A DNA stretch of 64,000 nucleotides from Callorhinchus milii. Its lineage: Eukaryota. The notes beneath the pieces are model-generated. The model was not told the origin of the DNA. It did not search any database and saw nothing but the letters and a program-made list of their open reading frames with translations. The DNA lies in assembly GCF_018977255.1 (NCBI RefSeq), contig NW_024704743.1:114330001-114394000 (forward strand), written 5' to 3'. Position numbers and translations under genes: made by a program. Positions 1-11,722 of the stretch are shown piece after piece; within the stretch, counting starts at the first letter, position 1, and every line of letters begins with the position of its first letter.

Positions 1-283
1 TATTATTATTAATGAAAGTCAACCTGCTTTGTAGATTCTCTTGTATTGCATGATCCATGATTTGATTGCTTTAACGAAATATAAGTATTGTTTGCTAAAT
101 TTGTTTTTTAATTTTAAACTTCTCTCGTCCCTCCCTCTCCCCCTTTCCCCAAAGTTTCTATTCACGACATAGCTTTCCTGGCCAAGGAACCAATTGCAGA
201 ACTTTGACCCCTACTCTTGGGAGCGCTCTCCTCACCACCTGGCTGGTTTACAGCCACTGAGGCCACTAGTCACAAGTGTGTTG

Positions 284-483
284 GTTTGGGCGGTGTTTGG
301 GCGGTGGAGCGCAAGTTGCTAATTGTGTTTTTTTTCCTGGTCTCCTAGGAAACAGGGGAAGCCTGGAAAAGGAGCCTGGAGGCTGAGCGGGAATGCGATT
401 GTTGGGATGAGAAGGGGCAGAGCCAGCCAGAGAGATTGGCTGAAAGAGCAGCCAGAGAGAGGAGCACCTGCTGATCTATATTA
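284..483 (+). promoter_or_regulatory. Promoter-like or LTR-U3-like motif cluster (two GC boxes, RFX X-box, inverted CCAAT, TATA-like)
   Basis: GTTTGGGCGGTG occurs twice (284-306). GTCTCCTAGGAAAC (340-353) resembles an X-box. ATTGG lies at 435-439 and TATATTA at 477-483, followed by a purine-rich tract. Motif evidence only. Confidence 0.3.
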
Positions 484-1162
484 CAGAAGAGAGAGAGAAG
501 ACACAGAGAGAGGACACAGAGGATCGACCAAAAGAAAAGACAGAACGAGAAAGAGAAGAAAAAAAGAGAGGAAGTAAAGAGAGCAAGGGAGAAAAAACAC
601 AGTTAGTGAGAACTCCTCAACAGCAAGAGTGTGTGATAAAACTGTTGGAAATCGCTTTCTAAATTAAAACTAAATGTAACGTTTGCCAAATTTCCTCTCA
701 ATGCTAAATTGTAAGACAGTACTAGGAAGAAAAATAGGCAGGTGATGTGCTCCCAGGCTTCGTCAGTACCACTAGGCTGGTCACCACAGAGTATTGCAGA
801 CACTCTCTCTATCCCCACTTCTACCCCTCGGTGTCAGAAGGCTTCAAAGTCCAAATAAGTCTTAATTCTTCCTACTTTTCCCTCCCAGGGCTGCATAGGT
901 TCACTGAATCAAACTGTGGTAGTATCAGTTTTCCCCGTGCCTCACTCCAACACAAAATGCTGCCTGTGTTTAGTTACCCTACGGAGAAGATCATTAGATT
1001 CATATCAGCTAATTGTAAGAGTTTGATATGAATCTGATTCACAGCCCCAAGGGAACTGCCAAGGTTGAGAATTTATTCAGACAGACTCTTTGACAGAGAA
1101 ACTCTGCTTGGTTAAAGGCTGGACAGATCAGACCATTCAGCAACAAATGCACAACACATTTA

Positions 1163-1537
1163 AATAATAATAATCCTTGCATTTGATATAGCGCTTTTCA
1201 TGTCTTCTAGATGCCTCAAAGCGCTTCACAGAATATACAGTAAAGTGAATTGACTGTATATTTGTGGGCGAATCTTGAGATGTACATTAAGCAGCCAATT
1301 GCGCTCAGCAGTGTCCTACAAACACTTGTGGTTTGAGTATCCAAATTATTATTTTTTTTGAGGGATTATTATCCCCTGAAAAGCAATCCGCCGATCGACT
1401 TAACAACTGGGTTACTATTTACTGCTAGGTAAACAGAGGTGTGTCGAGTAAAGAAACTTGCCCAACATTTCGCCCTGCTGGAAATCGAACCCAGGTCTCT
1501 CTCGCTTGCGAGGCGTGTGCGCTAACCACTGGACTCC
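1163..1537 (-). mobile_element. tRNA-headed SINE (SINE2-type, long form) with L2-type tail and (TTA)n
   Basis: Reverse complement aligns by eye with the copies at 24164 and 43838. It has a tRNA-like head with box B (GGTTCGATTTCC) and a tail ending CAAATGCAAGGATTATTATT. Confidence 0.9.
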
Positions 1538-4325
1538 ACATTGGGATTTCACATTGGGAGGACATCTCAAAGTTCTTCACAGAGCCAAATAGAAATCCAT
1601 GCTGGGTTGGTGAGTCCAAATTAGTCAGGCCTGCTCTGTTAACAATAACTGCACATTGCTCTGCCTTTCACCACTGAATTTGTGTACAGTACTGTACTGG
1701 TGTCATCTCAGTAAAACCAAAGTGTACATGCGTCAAGAGTCTACTTTCCAATGATTTCTGTTGACTCAGGAATTTGTCCATTTTGTTAACCTTAACGGGA
1801 TGTTTGTTGCGCGTCTCCTATTCTAGAGTGTTTATTTTCAGTCATTGCTGTCTTACAGAACCTCACTTCAGTGGCTGCTCTCAAGAACTGCAGAAAACTG
1901 ACACAATTAAGCCCAATATTTTACAAAATTCTGTTGATGACAAACTTGTCAACCGAGCCAGTCCATGCAGGGAGTGACACAGTGGCAACTTCACTGGAAA
2001 TTACATCGCCTGGAGTGGCACTGGCAGCCATTTTGTAGACTCGTTGTAGCGAGCTTCTAATTTTATGGAGCCAAGTTTAAACCCCATTAGAATGTGTTAT
2101 TTAGTATCCACACAATGAGACCTTGCATGATAATGGATCTGGCAGCCAGTCTGGTTGGTGCTGATGTCACCTCCATTGCCTGCTTGTGTGGCTGGTGCGT
2201 CATCAACCATGCATTGGAGATCGGCATATCTGCCTGGCTCAAGACCCCCAGAGAAGATCAATTCAATTCTGATATTCCATTGCCAGGCTTGCACCTTAGA
2301 CTTAACTAAACCCCAAAGAGGCTTACCTCCCTCCAAGAACGCAGTCACCAGTTGCTAATTAGACATCTGATAAATCACAGATCTAAGCCCTCACTAGGTC
2401 TGTATAGTTGTTTTATACCAGGGAGCCACATTTCTGCTATGTTCTGTTTCTGGTATCCATTTTCTGTTGGTGGTATGTTCTGGGTCAGCTTCATTGTACA
2501 GGTTTGCTGCTCAGGAGATTGCAACTTGTGATCTTGAGATGTACATTACGAAGCACTTAATCATGCCTGTGTGGACTGGCAAATGTGCAACTAAAACACT
2601 GCATTACTACAGTACCTTACCACATCAGCTACCCTTTACTGCCACTGCACCAGCTCGGGTGCTGCTCCCTGACTGTCCAGAGCCTTGGGACGTCCTCCTG
2701 ACGTGAACAAGGCTATACAAATGTAATTTGTTGTTGTGGTTGCTGTTAATGCCAATGTCTTTCACAAGGCCTATGCAAGCAACAATAAGTCCTCTCCAAC
2801 ACCAGGGACTGATGTGAACTCTATTACATTGCCCTTAAGAAAACAGATGGGTTTTGCAGAGAGCTGACTGGGTATCATAATCATGACCATAAGAAATAGC
2901 TCAGCACCTTCTCAGTCCCGAAAACAAGAAAAGTTACAGTATTTGTCAGAGAAATGAAAATGAAATGAACCATGCGGCAATGATAAAGAAGGACTCACTT
3001 GCGAGCTGGCCGGTCAGCCTCACTTGTTGAAATAAAAGCTGTATTTCACAGCTGGTCGCTGCTTTCCACTTTCAATGCACCACAACTTTATTGCTAGAGA
3101 TTGATACAATTAGACAACAGAAGTGCTCTGCAGTGAATGGCTCTTCAAGTCTAAGTAATAAAAAAGGAGCCACTGCTCCGAAGTTATGACTAGGAGCTGC
3201 TGAACAGATGTGGACAGATTCGATGTTATCAGAGAGGCACAGATGCTATTGGTTGCACAGTGAGGCACAGATGAGTTGCTTTCACAATAAGCATGGGGTG
3301 CACAGGCCACATGGGTTAAGACTTAGAGCAAGCACTGGGCTGGGGGGAGGGGGAGAGAGAGCAGTATCACAGTCCCAGGCACCACAGGGGGTTTCAGAGA
3401 ACAGCCTCACGTAGACGGCAATATGTTTGAAATAAATAAAAAAACAAATCCTTTGAACTCTTCCTCTAATAACAGCCCGTTCTGGTGAATTGAGACACCA
3501 AAGTGGAAACAATGCAGTGGAAAGACAACACATGCATGCACTTTACTACAGAAAAGGCATCACACTCGACAGAAATTGCTCGCAAAGCACTTTAAGATGA
3601 GCATGATATGGCACTTCTATAAAATGCGAGTTCTTTCATGCGTGCTTTCTTTTGAAAGAGCTGAGGCCCTGATGTTCCACCCAGTCTCAGCATCTTATCA
3701 TTCTTTTGTCTTAAACCGTAAGATGGCATAGAATTGTGGAAACAAATCTTAAGATTGACACTTAATTTGGAAGCCTCTTCTACCACACACATTGAAAGAG
3801 AAATTATACACATAATAATGATAATACTTACATTTGATATAGCACCTGTCACTTTGGGAGGACGTCTCAAAATGCTTCACACTGTTTTCTGTATAGTGAC
3901 TGGCTGTGTAGTAGGCATACGCAATGGAGGAACACATACAGCATGCACAGCAATCAGTTGAAAAGATGGGTGGTAATGATTTACTTTCCTGTTAAAAACA
4001 ATAATTTTGAAATCGATTTTGCCATATATATATGTATATATTCAGGTATATGTAAAATAATTAAGCATCACAATTCATGAAGTTCAATTCGAGAAGGCAA
4101 ACACTGGCATCGGGTATTACAAGCAGAGTCATTACTGAGATTCGAAAGTCTTTTCACACTAACTTCAGCTGCACAAGAAGAATAGAAATCAGGCCAGCAA
4201 GAAGGCAGAAAGTACAGAGGAGAGCAATGAGAATGACCCACAGTGTTAGAGGAATGAGCCAGAGTAACAATTAGATACAATGGGGCTCTTTAGTCTTAAG
4301 AGAAGACAACTCAGGGTGGACCTTA

Positions 4326-4690
4326 TAATAATAATAATAATCCTTGCATTTGATATAGCAGCTTATTACGTCTTTGAAACGTCTCAAAGCGCTTCACAGA
4401 ATATACTGTAAAGGAATTGACTGTATATTTTGTGGGCGAAAAGCGGCAGCCAATTGCGCACAGCAGTGTCCCACAGTCGTGGATTGAGTGACTAAAATAT
4501 TATTATTATTTTTGAAGGAATTATTACCCCTGGAAAAGTGATCCGCCAATCGACTAACAACCAGGTTCCTACTTACTACTAGGTAAACAGAGGCGTGTGG
4601 AGTTAGGAAACTTGCCCAACATTTCGCCCTGCCGGGAATCAAACCCAGGTCTCTCATTTGTGAGGCGAGTGCTCTAACCACTGAGCTACA
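4326..4690 (-). mobile_element. tRNA-headed SINE, long form (left half of the inverted dimer)
   Basis: Full body including the CTGTTTACCTAG...GGAACC middle segment. It lacks the first ~7 nt (GGAGTCC) present in other copies. Confidence 0.92.
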
Positions 4691-4697
4691 CTGTACA

Positions 4698-5014
4698 CTG
4701 TAGCTCAGTGGTTAGAGCACTCGCTTTGCAAGCGAGAGACCTGAGTTCAATTCCAGGCAGAGGGCGAAACCTTGGGCAAGTTTCCTTACTCCACACACCT
4801 AATAATAATCCCTCCAAAAACTCAAAACAATAATAAATTGGTCATTTTCAATCTACGACTGTTGGTGGGACATTGCTGTGCGCAATTGGCTGCTGCGTTC
4901 GCCCACAAATATACAGTCAATTCATTTTACAGTGTGTTCTGTGAAGCGCTTTGGGACGTCCTTCTGACGTGAAAAGCGCTATATCAAATGCAAGGATTAT
5001 TATTATTATTATTA
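4698..5014 (+). mobile_element. tRNA-headed SINE, short form (right half of the inverted dimer)
   Basis: Head TGTAGCTCAGTGGTTAGAGCACTCGC. It lacks the middle segment and closely resembles the copy at 62778-63106. Confidence 0.92.
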
Positions 5015-6749
5015 CAGGACTTATGGAGGTATATCAAATTTTAAATGGGAATGAAAAAGTAAACCCAGAATAATACTTTAGAATGCATCAAAGCAAGAGG
5101 ACAGAGGTTTATAATCATAAAGGGCAATTTCAGGAGAGGTACCAGGAAGTTGTTCTTTACCCAGATAACAACTAACGACTGGAACAGCTTACCAGGAAGG
5201 GTGGGCGAGACCAGGACACTGAACTCATTTAAAAAGCAGTTTGATGCTGTGATGGGAGGGTGGGCATTCTAGAAGGATGAGATAAAATAGTCTGAAGGGC
5301 TTTCTTGGTCTGAACTAATCTTGTGGTCTTGTGATCCCTTCCCACTCCCTCTTTCAGAGGTAGCAGTGCAGGCAGTTGTACGAGCTTGAAAAACTCCTGA
5401 CGTTCCTCACCACTGACTCTAACATGACTTGCTGCCAAATGGAGAACATTACTGTGGTGCTGCTCTAGCCTCACAGTCGAGCAGAACAACCTATCTTAAA
5501 CAATTACTGACTTATCCTCAGAGTTCAGATACTTTTCTTCATTATGACTAATGACTCATGATTACACTAAACGCTGGAAGGTAACAACTGGACCCAGCAC
5601 CAAAAAAAGATACATTGTTGAACATATTAAGCATTTTCCTTTGGAAAAACACAGTGCATATTGTGCTTAGGTTTGGCAATTAAAGACTGCCTATTCATCA
5701 CAGCATATTGCATACAGAAATACCAAGCATTCAGTTCAATGCAGAAATTTATATTACAGTTGAGGCTGTTTCATGCTGGAGTGATGTAGAATTGGACTAA
5801 ATTAACAACAATTTTCGTCTTGCCTTCAGCACTATGTACTTTCGTAATAAATGTGGAATTGAGAGATGTGGACACATGCCTATTGTACAGGCTAAGCGTG
5901 GTTTGTGGCTTCAGGCTGGAGTTTGCGAGTTATTCTATACTTGTTTCCTGTCCTTTACAGAAGCAATAAAGCAGTACTGTGATGTACTGGGTGGATCAGC
6001 GCAACACGGAAAGAAAGAAAACAAGAAACAGAGAGAGAAAAAGAACAAACTTGCATTTTATAGTGCTTGAGCAGAGCAGAATATCTCCAAAACTTCACAG
6101 GTAACTACCTTGAAGTGTAGTAACTGTTTTATGTAGGCAAGCACACAGCAAAGTTCCAGAAGCAGCCATGAGGTCAATGACCATTTAATCTGGACACAAT
6201 CACAGCCACTCACACACATTGTGAGCAGTAAGCACCATGCGTGAAAATACAGCTTCAGCATAAAATGTTACTAAAGAGACAGCTATGAGCCACACAAGAT
6301 GGTGGATGAAATATTTCACCTGCTACAGAGTGGAACAGATGTGAGCAGGTCTGCTGGCTGACCAATGGAAATATCCCGACAACCTTTGTTGGGTATTTTT
6401 GGAGCTATGGGAATTGAAATTAATATAAAAGAGGAACGAACAGTCACTTTAACATGATTCCATAGGTTCCATAGCTCAGGATGGTATCTTACTAGTGAAA
6501 TACATCAGAGAGAGATTTTCAAATAAATGGGTTTATCAAAGTCAAATTGCAAGGTACAAAAATAATAATAATGATAATAAATCTCCTTTGATGTAGCATT
6601 TTTTACTAAATATGCAATTAATATAGCGCCTTATCAATTAGTCAAAACGTCTGAAAGTGCTTTGCAGGAATTTATACTGTATTTGTAGGTGAAATGGACA
6701 AATGCACAAAATATTCACAGATTAAAGATACTTCAAACAGTACAGTTTC

Positions 6750-7600
6750 CAAATCCAAGGAAATGATTTAATTATTTGCTGTAGTGCTGCGTACATAAGA
6801 CATGACTCAAGTATTAGCCTTTGTATATTTTTTCAGCAAGAAGCTTAGCTTTCTAGCATGGGGAACTGAAAGTAGATATCTATTTCAATACTGTTATAAA
6901 TTGGAAAGGGCTGCAATTCCACAACCTTCACATTGACTTTTTAAAGTGCTTTCTTGCAATAATGTTTATATTGTAAAAGAAATCACTAACCATATTTTTT
7001 CTCTCACCCTCTCAATAATCATAGCTCTAAAAATACCTGTTGATTTATTGCAGTGTCTCATATCAGAAGCCTGCTAAGAGAGGCAACAGCTGTGTAATAT
7101 ACACAAGATGGAGAACTTTCCTGTAATTTATTGCAAGACAAATATGACCTGATACTGCCCCAGATCTTGTGTCACCAATCTGATAAACCTTCAGGACTAA
7201 TGTCACAAAGTCAAGATATATTTAGATGTTAAATTAACAGCCTACGGTGAAACGCAGTTTTGCAGACATAACAAAAAGAAATGTAAAGAAGATTTCACAG
7301 CCTGATATCTAGCTAAAGAAGTAACAATAATAGACGTAACTCATTTCACATTGTTAGGATGCCTCAAAGCACTTCCAAAAGGCAATGATCACATATCTTT
7401 TGTAGGAGAACACGGCAGCCAATTTGCATGTAGCAATGTCCTACAAACAATTGTGAAGTGAATGATCAATTTATCTGGGGGAATGTTGGCCAGGACATCT
7501 CTTAAGCTTATTGCTGAAAAACTAAACAAAGGCTAATACTTGAGTCATGTCTTATGTACGCAACACTACAGCAAATAATGAAATCATTTCCTTAGATTTG
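6750..7600. repeat. 98-bp inverted duplication (6750-6847 and 7503-7600)
   Basis: The reverse complement of 7503-7600 matches 6750-6847 ungapped, with 6 mismatches by my count. Confidence 0.95.
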
Positions 7601-7830
7601 TAGAAGGGAAAACTCCCTTCTCTTTTCGAATAGAGCCATGAAATCCTTAATGTCCACCTGAACACATAGACGGCATCTCGGTTTAAGTCTCATCTGAAAC
7701 ACGGGACCTCCATTTGTGCAGTGCTCCCCCAGAATTGCGCTAGAGTGCTTGCCAGTCTCCTTTATGAGCTCAAAGTCCAAATTAAGGGCTTGAACCACAA
7801 GCTTCTGACTCAGGGATACCTTGCAGTGAA
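7325..7830 (-). mobile_element. Old Deu-domain SINE (SacSINE1-like), interrupted by the inverted 98-bp copy
   Basis: Reverse complement shows GAGTCAGAAG..GTGGTTCAAG (head), TTTCAGATGAGACTTAAACCGAG, CAGGTGGACATTAAGGATTTCATGGC and ATTGGCTGCCG. Confidence 0.8.
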
Positions 7831-9671
7831 GTTAAGGCTGTGATCCAATCTTAGCGTTTAAGGGAACTCTCATAAACCTCTATGTATTTGTACAGCTCGT
7901 CTATTGTGCTCCAGTCCAAGTCTCAAAAGATCACATGAAGTTTGTAAAGAACTGCAAAGAAATGAGTTCTAAGTTTGTCCTGAATTTAAGACCATTTCCT
8001 GAAAGGTCACACAGTCTTACACTTTGAGATAATGATTTGAAGGCTAAGACCATATGAAGTTTCTGGTCTCTGAATCCCCTCCTCAATTAAATTACTGTTC
8101 TGTAATTCAGCAAGAGGTGCCCATTATTCTCCATTTAAGTCTATGCACAAATGCTTGGCAGGAACACAGCCCAGGTCTGTCTTCTCAAATAGTATCAACG
8201 CAGCAATATAAACTTCCGGCTCATCGCTGGAGGTTCTCGCCAAGGTTTTTTTTAAAAAAACAGTGATTTGCAGTCAGCAGCGACTTAAGACAGATGCTAT
8301 TTATGCACTGGGCTAGACTGCCAATCAACCATTTCTGAGCCTCTTTAAAGAGAAAAAATAAAGCACGACAAGACTGAAACGACACCCTATGTAAACACTG
8401 CTGCATTGAGTTTATGGTAACAGAATCAAAGCAGCATTTCACTCTTCACCACTTCAATCAACGTTAAGAAGCCAGAAAGGAAATATTTTACTCCTAGGCC
8501 ATTAACCTTCTACTCTCGCAAGCCTGTCTCCGACTCACACAAGGGAAGTTGATCGATATCATGTCAAAAGACAACTGCGTCAGCAAAAGTTTAGCTCAGT
8601 TTTTCCTTTCCACTGCTCATTACATTACAGCTGTCCTATTTGGTTTTATAAAGCAATTTTTTTTCTGAAGTGAATTCTGCTAATCTACAAAATATGATTG
8701 AGCCACTTCAATACTGACCAAGGAGGTTGTTGTGAAGGGGTTATTCACAAATGAGAGGGAACTGAAAAAAACAGGAGCTTTGCAGATGGGAATAGTGTAA
8801 TCACCTGGACTGTCCTCAGTGACAGCAAAATAAGACAGTGTGTTTCGATAATTTATTTCAGGAGCAAATGGGTTAACGTTTCTAAAACTGATGGGACAGG
8901 ATAGACAGAGAAGGGGCGAAGAGGAAAATCTCAATAGCCAGAAGGTTCATTACACATGAGTAGGTAACCTCACACAACCAGCCAGTGACCTGACTGAAAG
9001 GCTAATTACCAGCCATTCTCACAATGTGCTAGTCCTTAAGCAGTGAAACAAGGGATCTGGCAGCTATCAAGGGCAGTGTGATGATTTCACACTGTGTTCG
9101 GCACCTGATGGTCATCCTTTGTGGACTTGAGGCCTGGGTGTGGTGTGATAAACTGGAATGAAAGAGAAGATGAGTAGTTCGAGCGACTGACTCAGTTGCT
9201 TCACACACGCAACTTAATTGTGCTACTGAACTGAACATTCCTAAATAACAACTGAAGATTCTGAAAAGAATAAAGTTCTGCATCTTTAACATCTTAAACA
9301 CCAGATGTAATCTGCCGAAAGGGTTTCAAAACTGAAATATATTGCTTCCCACACACTCTCTGAGTTTCCTAGCAAATGGCCTAGGAACTGCAGAGAGCAA
9401 CAGTCTTGAAACATGCCTCCCGTTCACTACACAGAGTGAATGCTCTCATGCAGAGAACCCATTTTCAGACTATGGTGTGATTAAGAAAGAAACCTTTTGC
9501 TTGAAATGCACTGAATTGCTGTGGTCGTCATGAACTATTCACCAGCTCTTAGGATCAAGGAAATCTCAAAGCCGGGATGTTCAGGTTTTTGCTGCAATAG
9601 GGAGCAATCAGGTCTTAAAAGGGACTTTAAATACTTTTAGGTTCAAAACGTGCATTCGTAATAGGATTTGC

Positions 9672-9818
9672 GACTAGGACTCCTGCCTGTAAACAGGTGG
9701 TGTCACCCAAATGCACGGGAACTCCAGTGTGAACCATACTCCAAAGCCATCTCCTTCTGGAGTGGAGTTCCCACGGTTTAGTGTGGTGCACATCTGGTTA
9801 CAGGCAGGAGTTGGAGTC
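9672..9818. repeat. Imperfect ~145-bp palindrome, MITE-like
   Basis: ACTCCTGCCTGTAA (9679-9692) pairs with TTACAGGCAGGAGT (9798-9811). GGGAACTCCA (9717-9726) pairs with TGGAGTTCCC (9763-9772). Confidence 0.75.
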
Positions 9819-10869
9819 ATTATTTATGACTCTTGTTATAAGTGCAATAAATTACCCCCCACCCCCATGCTATCAGAGTTTTCACCTCTAATTGTCTCCC
9901 TTTATCTTCTGAAGACAATCAATGGACTATTGATGGGATTTGGTTCCAACAGGACTGGACCCTGTTATGAAACATCTCTTTTCTCCTTCTATTCCAGTGC
10001 ACTGAGCAGTGTAAAGTCACAACACTTCACAGTAAGATGCTGTGAAGCGCATTGAGATGTCCTCCCGATGTAGAAGGAGCTGTACCAAATGCAAGGATTT
10101 ATTAACGTGCCAAGGTGGTAACTTCACTAACACAGTTCTATTCATGGTGAATTAGCAATGCAGTCTTGCCAGTGTGAAGTGTTGCTGAGGGCATCCAAGC
10201 ACATCCACATGAGGAAGTGGGCAAAGCAAGGGAATGAAAGGACTCAACGCCAGTAAGACAACTATTATTCAAACCATTAAAAGGCCAATCTCAACATTCT
10301 TAAAAATATTTATTAAATTGGAATCAGATGTTTTGAATAAAAGAAATTACAGCAAAAAAACTTATGAAGCCATTAACCAGTTCACATTAGCTAAGGGCAG
10401 TTTATATTGCATGTGATAATGGCATCTATTGTGATCACTCAGATATTCACAGCTACCTTTCAGGATCTCTGATGGACAGATACTTATGTCAAGGCATATG
10501 CCTAAATTTAAGCGCTCCGAGATGCCGTCCAGGGTGAAGGGCGGTGTACAAATGCAAGTTGTTGTTGTAGATTCACCACATTCCTGCTTTTCTTCGATCA
10601 CCACCTCAAGAACAGTTTTAATTGTTGCTAAATAGCAAGCTTTCCTCCAAAACTGAAGAGAATAATTATACTTTATCTCTCTTCTCTTTCTCTGTTTATG
10701 AAGACCCAAGCCATTGTGCAACACATCTGCTCCTTATATTTTATTGGTGATTCACTTTACAGCTTTGCTTTGTAATGCTTAATGGAAGTTTTTATTGCCT
10801 CAACTTAATGCTCCTATCCTTTGGAGCTTGAGAATGGTTTGGAGCATTTTAGTTTCAAAATTACACAGT

Positions 10870-11722
10870 ACTTGGTAGGCAGCATTCTCACCTCTGAGTT
10901 AGAAGATTGTGAGGTTCAAGCCCCACATCAGAACTTTGAACTCATAGTCTAGGCTGACAGGTCAGTACAATATGAGTGAAAGCTGCATTGATGGAGGTGC
11001 TGACATTTGTACAATAGATTAAACCAAAGTCCTTTCTGCCTCTTTGGGTGGATATTAAAAATCTCATGGCACTAGTTATAAAAAAAAGGGAGTTTCTCCC
11101 AGTGACCTGGCCAACAATCTGCCAGATAGTGGGTGTAAGTTAGTTATTGCTATCACAACAGGAATACATCAAAGCACTCAATAATATGGTTGGCAAAGCC
11201 ACAGTTAGTGTGAAATTGAGTCATAGAGAGGTATGTCGAACTTTGCAGGCCAAATAAAAAAAATTAGTCATTCACTTCATAACTGTTGTGGGACATTTCT
11301 TTTTACAAATTAGCTGCACGTTCACCTAAACTACTGTTCACTGCTCTTTATAATATCCCACTTCAGTACCTGAACTCACAAAGACTAAATTGACGGTGCT
11401 GGGGTGTGTTGAATTGTTGGAGGTGCCGTCCTTTGGATAAGACGTTAAATTGAGGTCCTGTCTGCCTGTTCAGGTGGTCGTTAAAGATCCCATGGCACTG
11501 CTCAAACAGTGAAGGGTATTTCTCCCAGTGTCCTGCTCAATAATCCCCCGAATAAAATTGGTCCATCGTTTTATGGTTGTCTGTGGGACGTTGCTGTGTG
11601 CAATTTTTCTGCAGTGTTTGCCAACAAATACAGTCACTCCATTTCACACTAATTTCTGTGAAGCACTTTGAGACGTCCTTCTGACCCGATAAGACACTAT
11701 ATCAAATACAAGTATTATTATT
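10870..11722 (+). mobile_element. Two tandem decayed Deu-domain SINE copies (about 10870-11350 and 11365-11722)
   Basis: Head CACCTCTGAGTTAGAAGATTGTGAGGTTCAAGCCCCAC. Core GGAGGTGCCGTCCTTTGGATAAGACGTTAAA...AAAGATCCCATGGCACT. L2-type tail. Confidence 0.8.

Larger units (their letters stand above)
4245..5338 (+). mobile_element. Decayed CR1 LINE 3' fragment, split by the inverted SINE pair (CR1 parts about 4245-4326 and 5017-5338)
   Basis: Translates as GLFSLKRRQLRVDL | MEVYQILNG ... RKLFFTQ ... WNSLPGRVGETRTLNSFKKQFD. This matches the CR1 ORF2 C-terminus also seen at 43367-43615 (LGLFSLEQRRLKGDLIEVFKIM). Confidence 0.8.

Noticed and set aside
323..577. Basic 84-aa ORF
   Set aside because: A low-complexity translation of an AG-rich tract with a non-ATG start.
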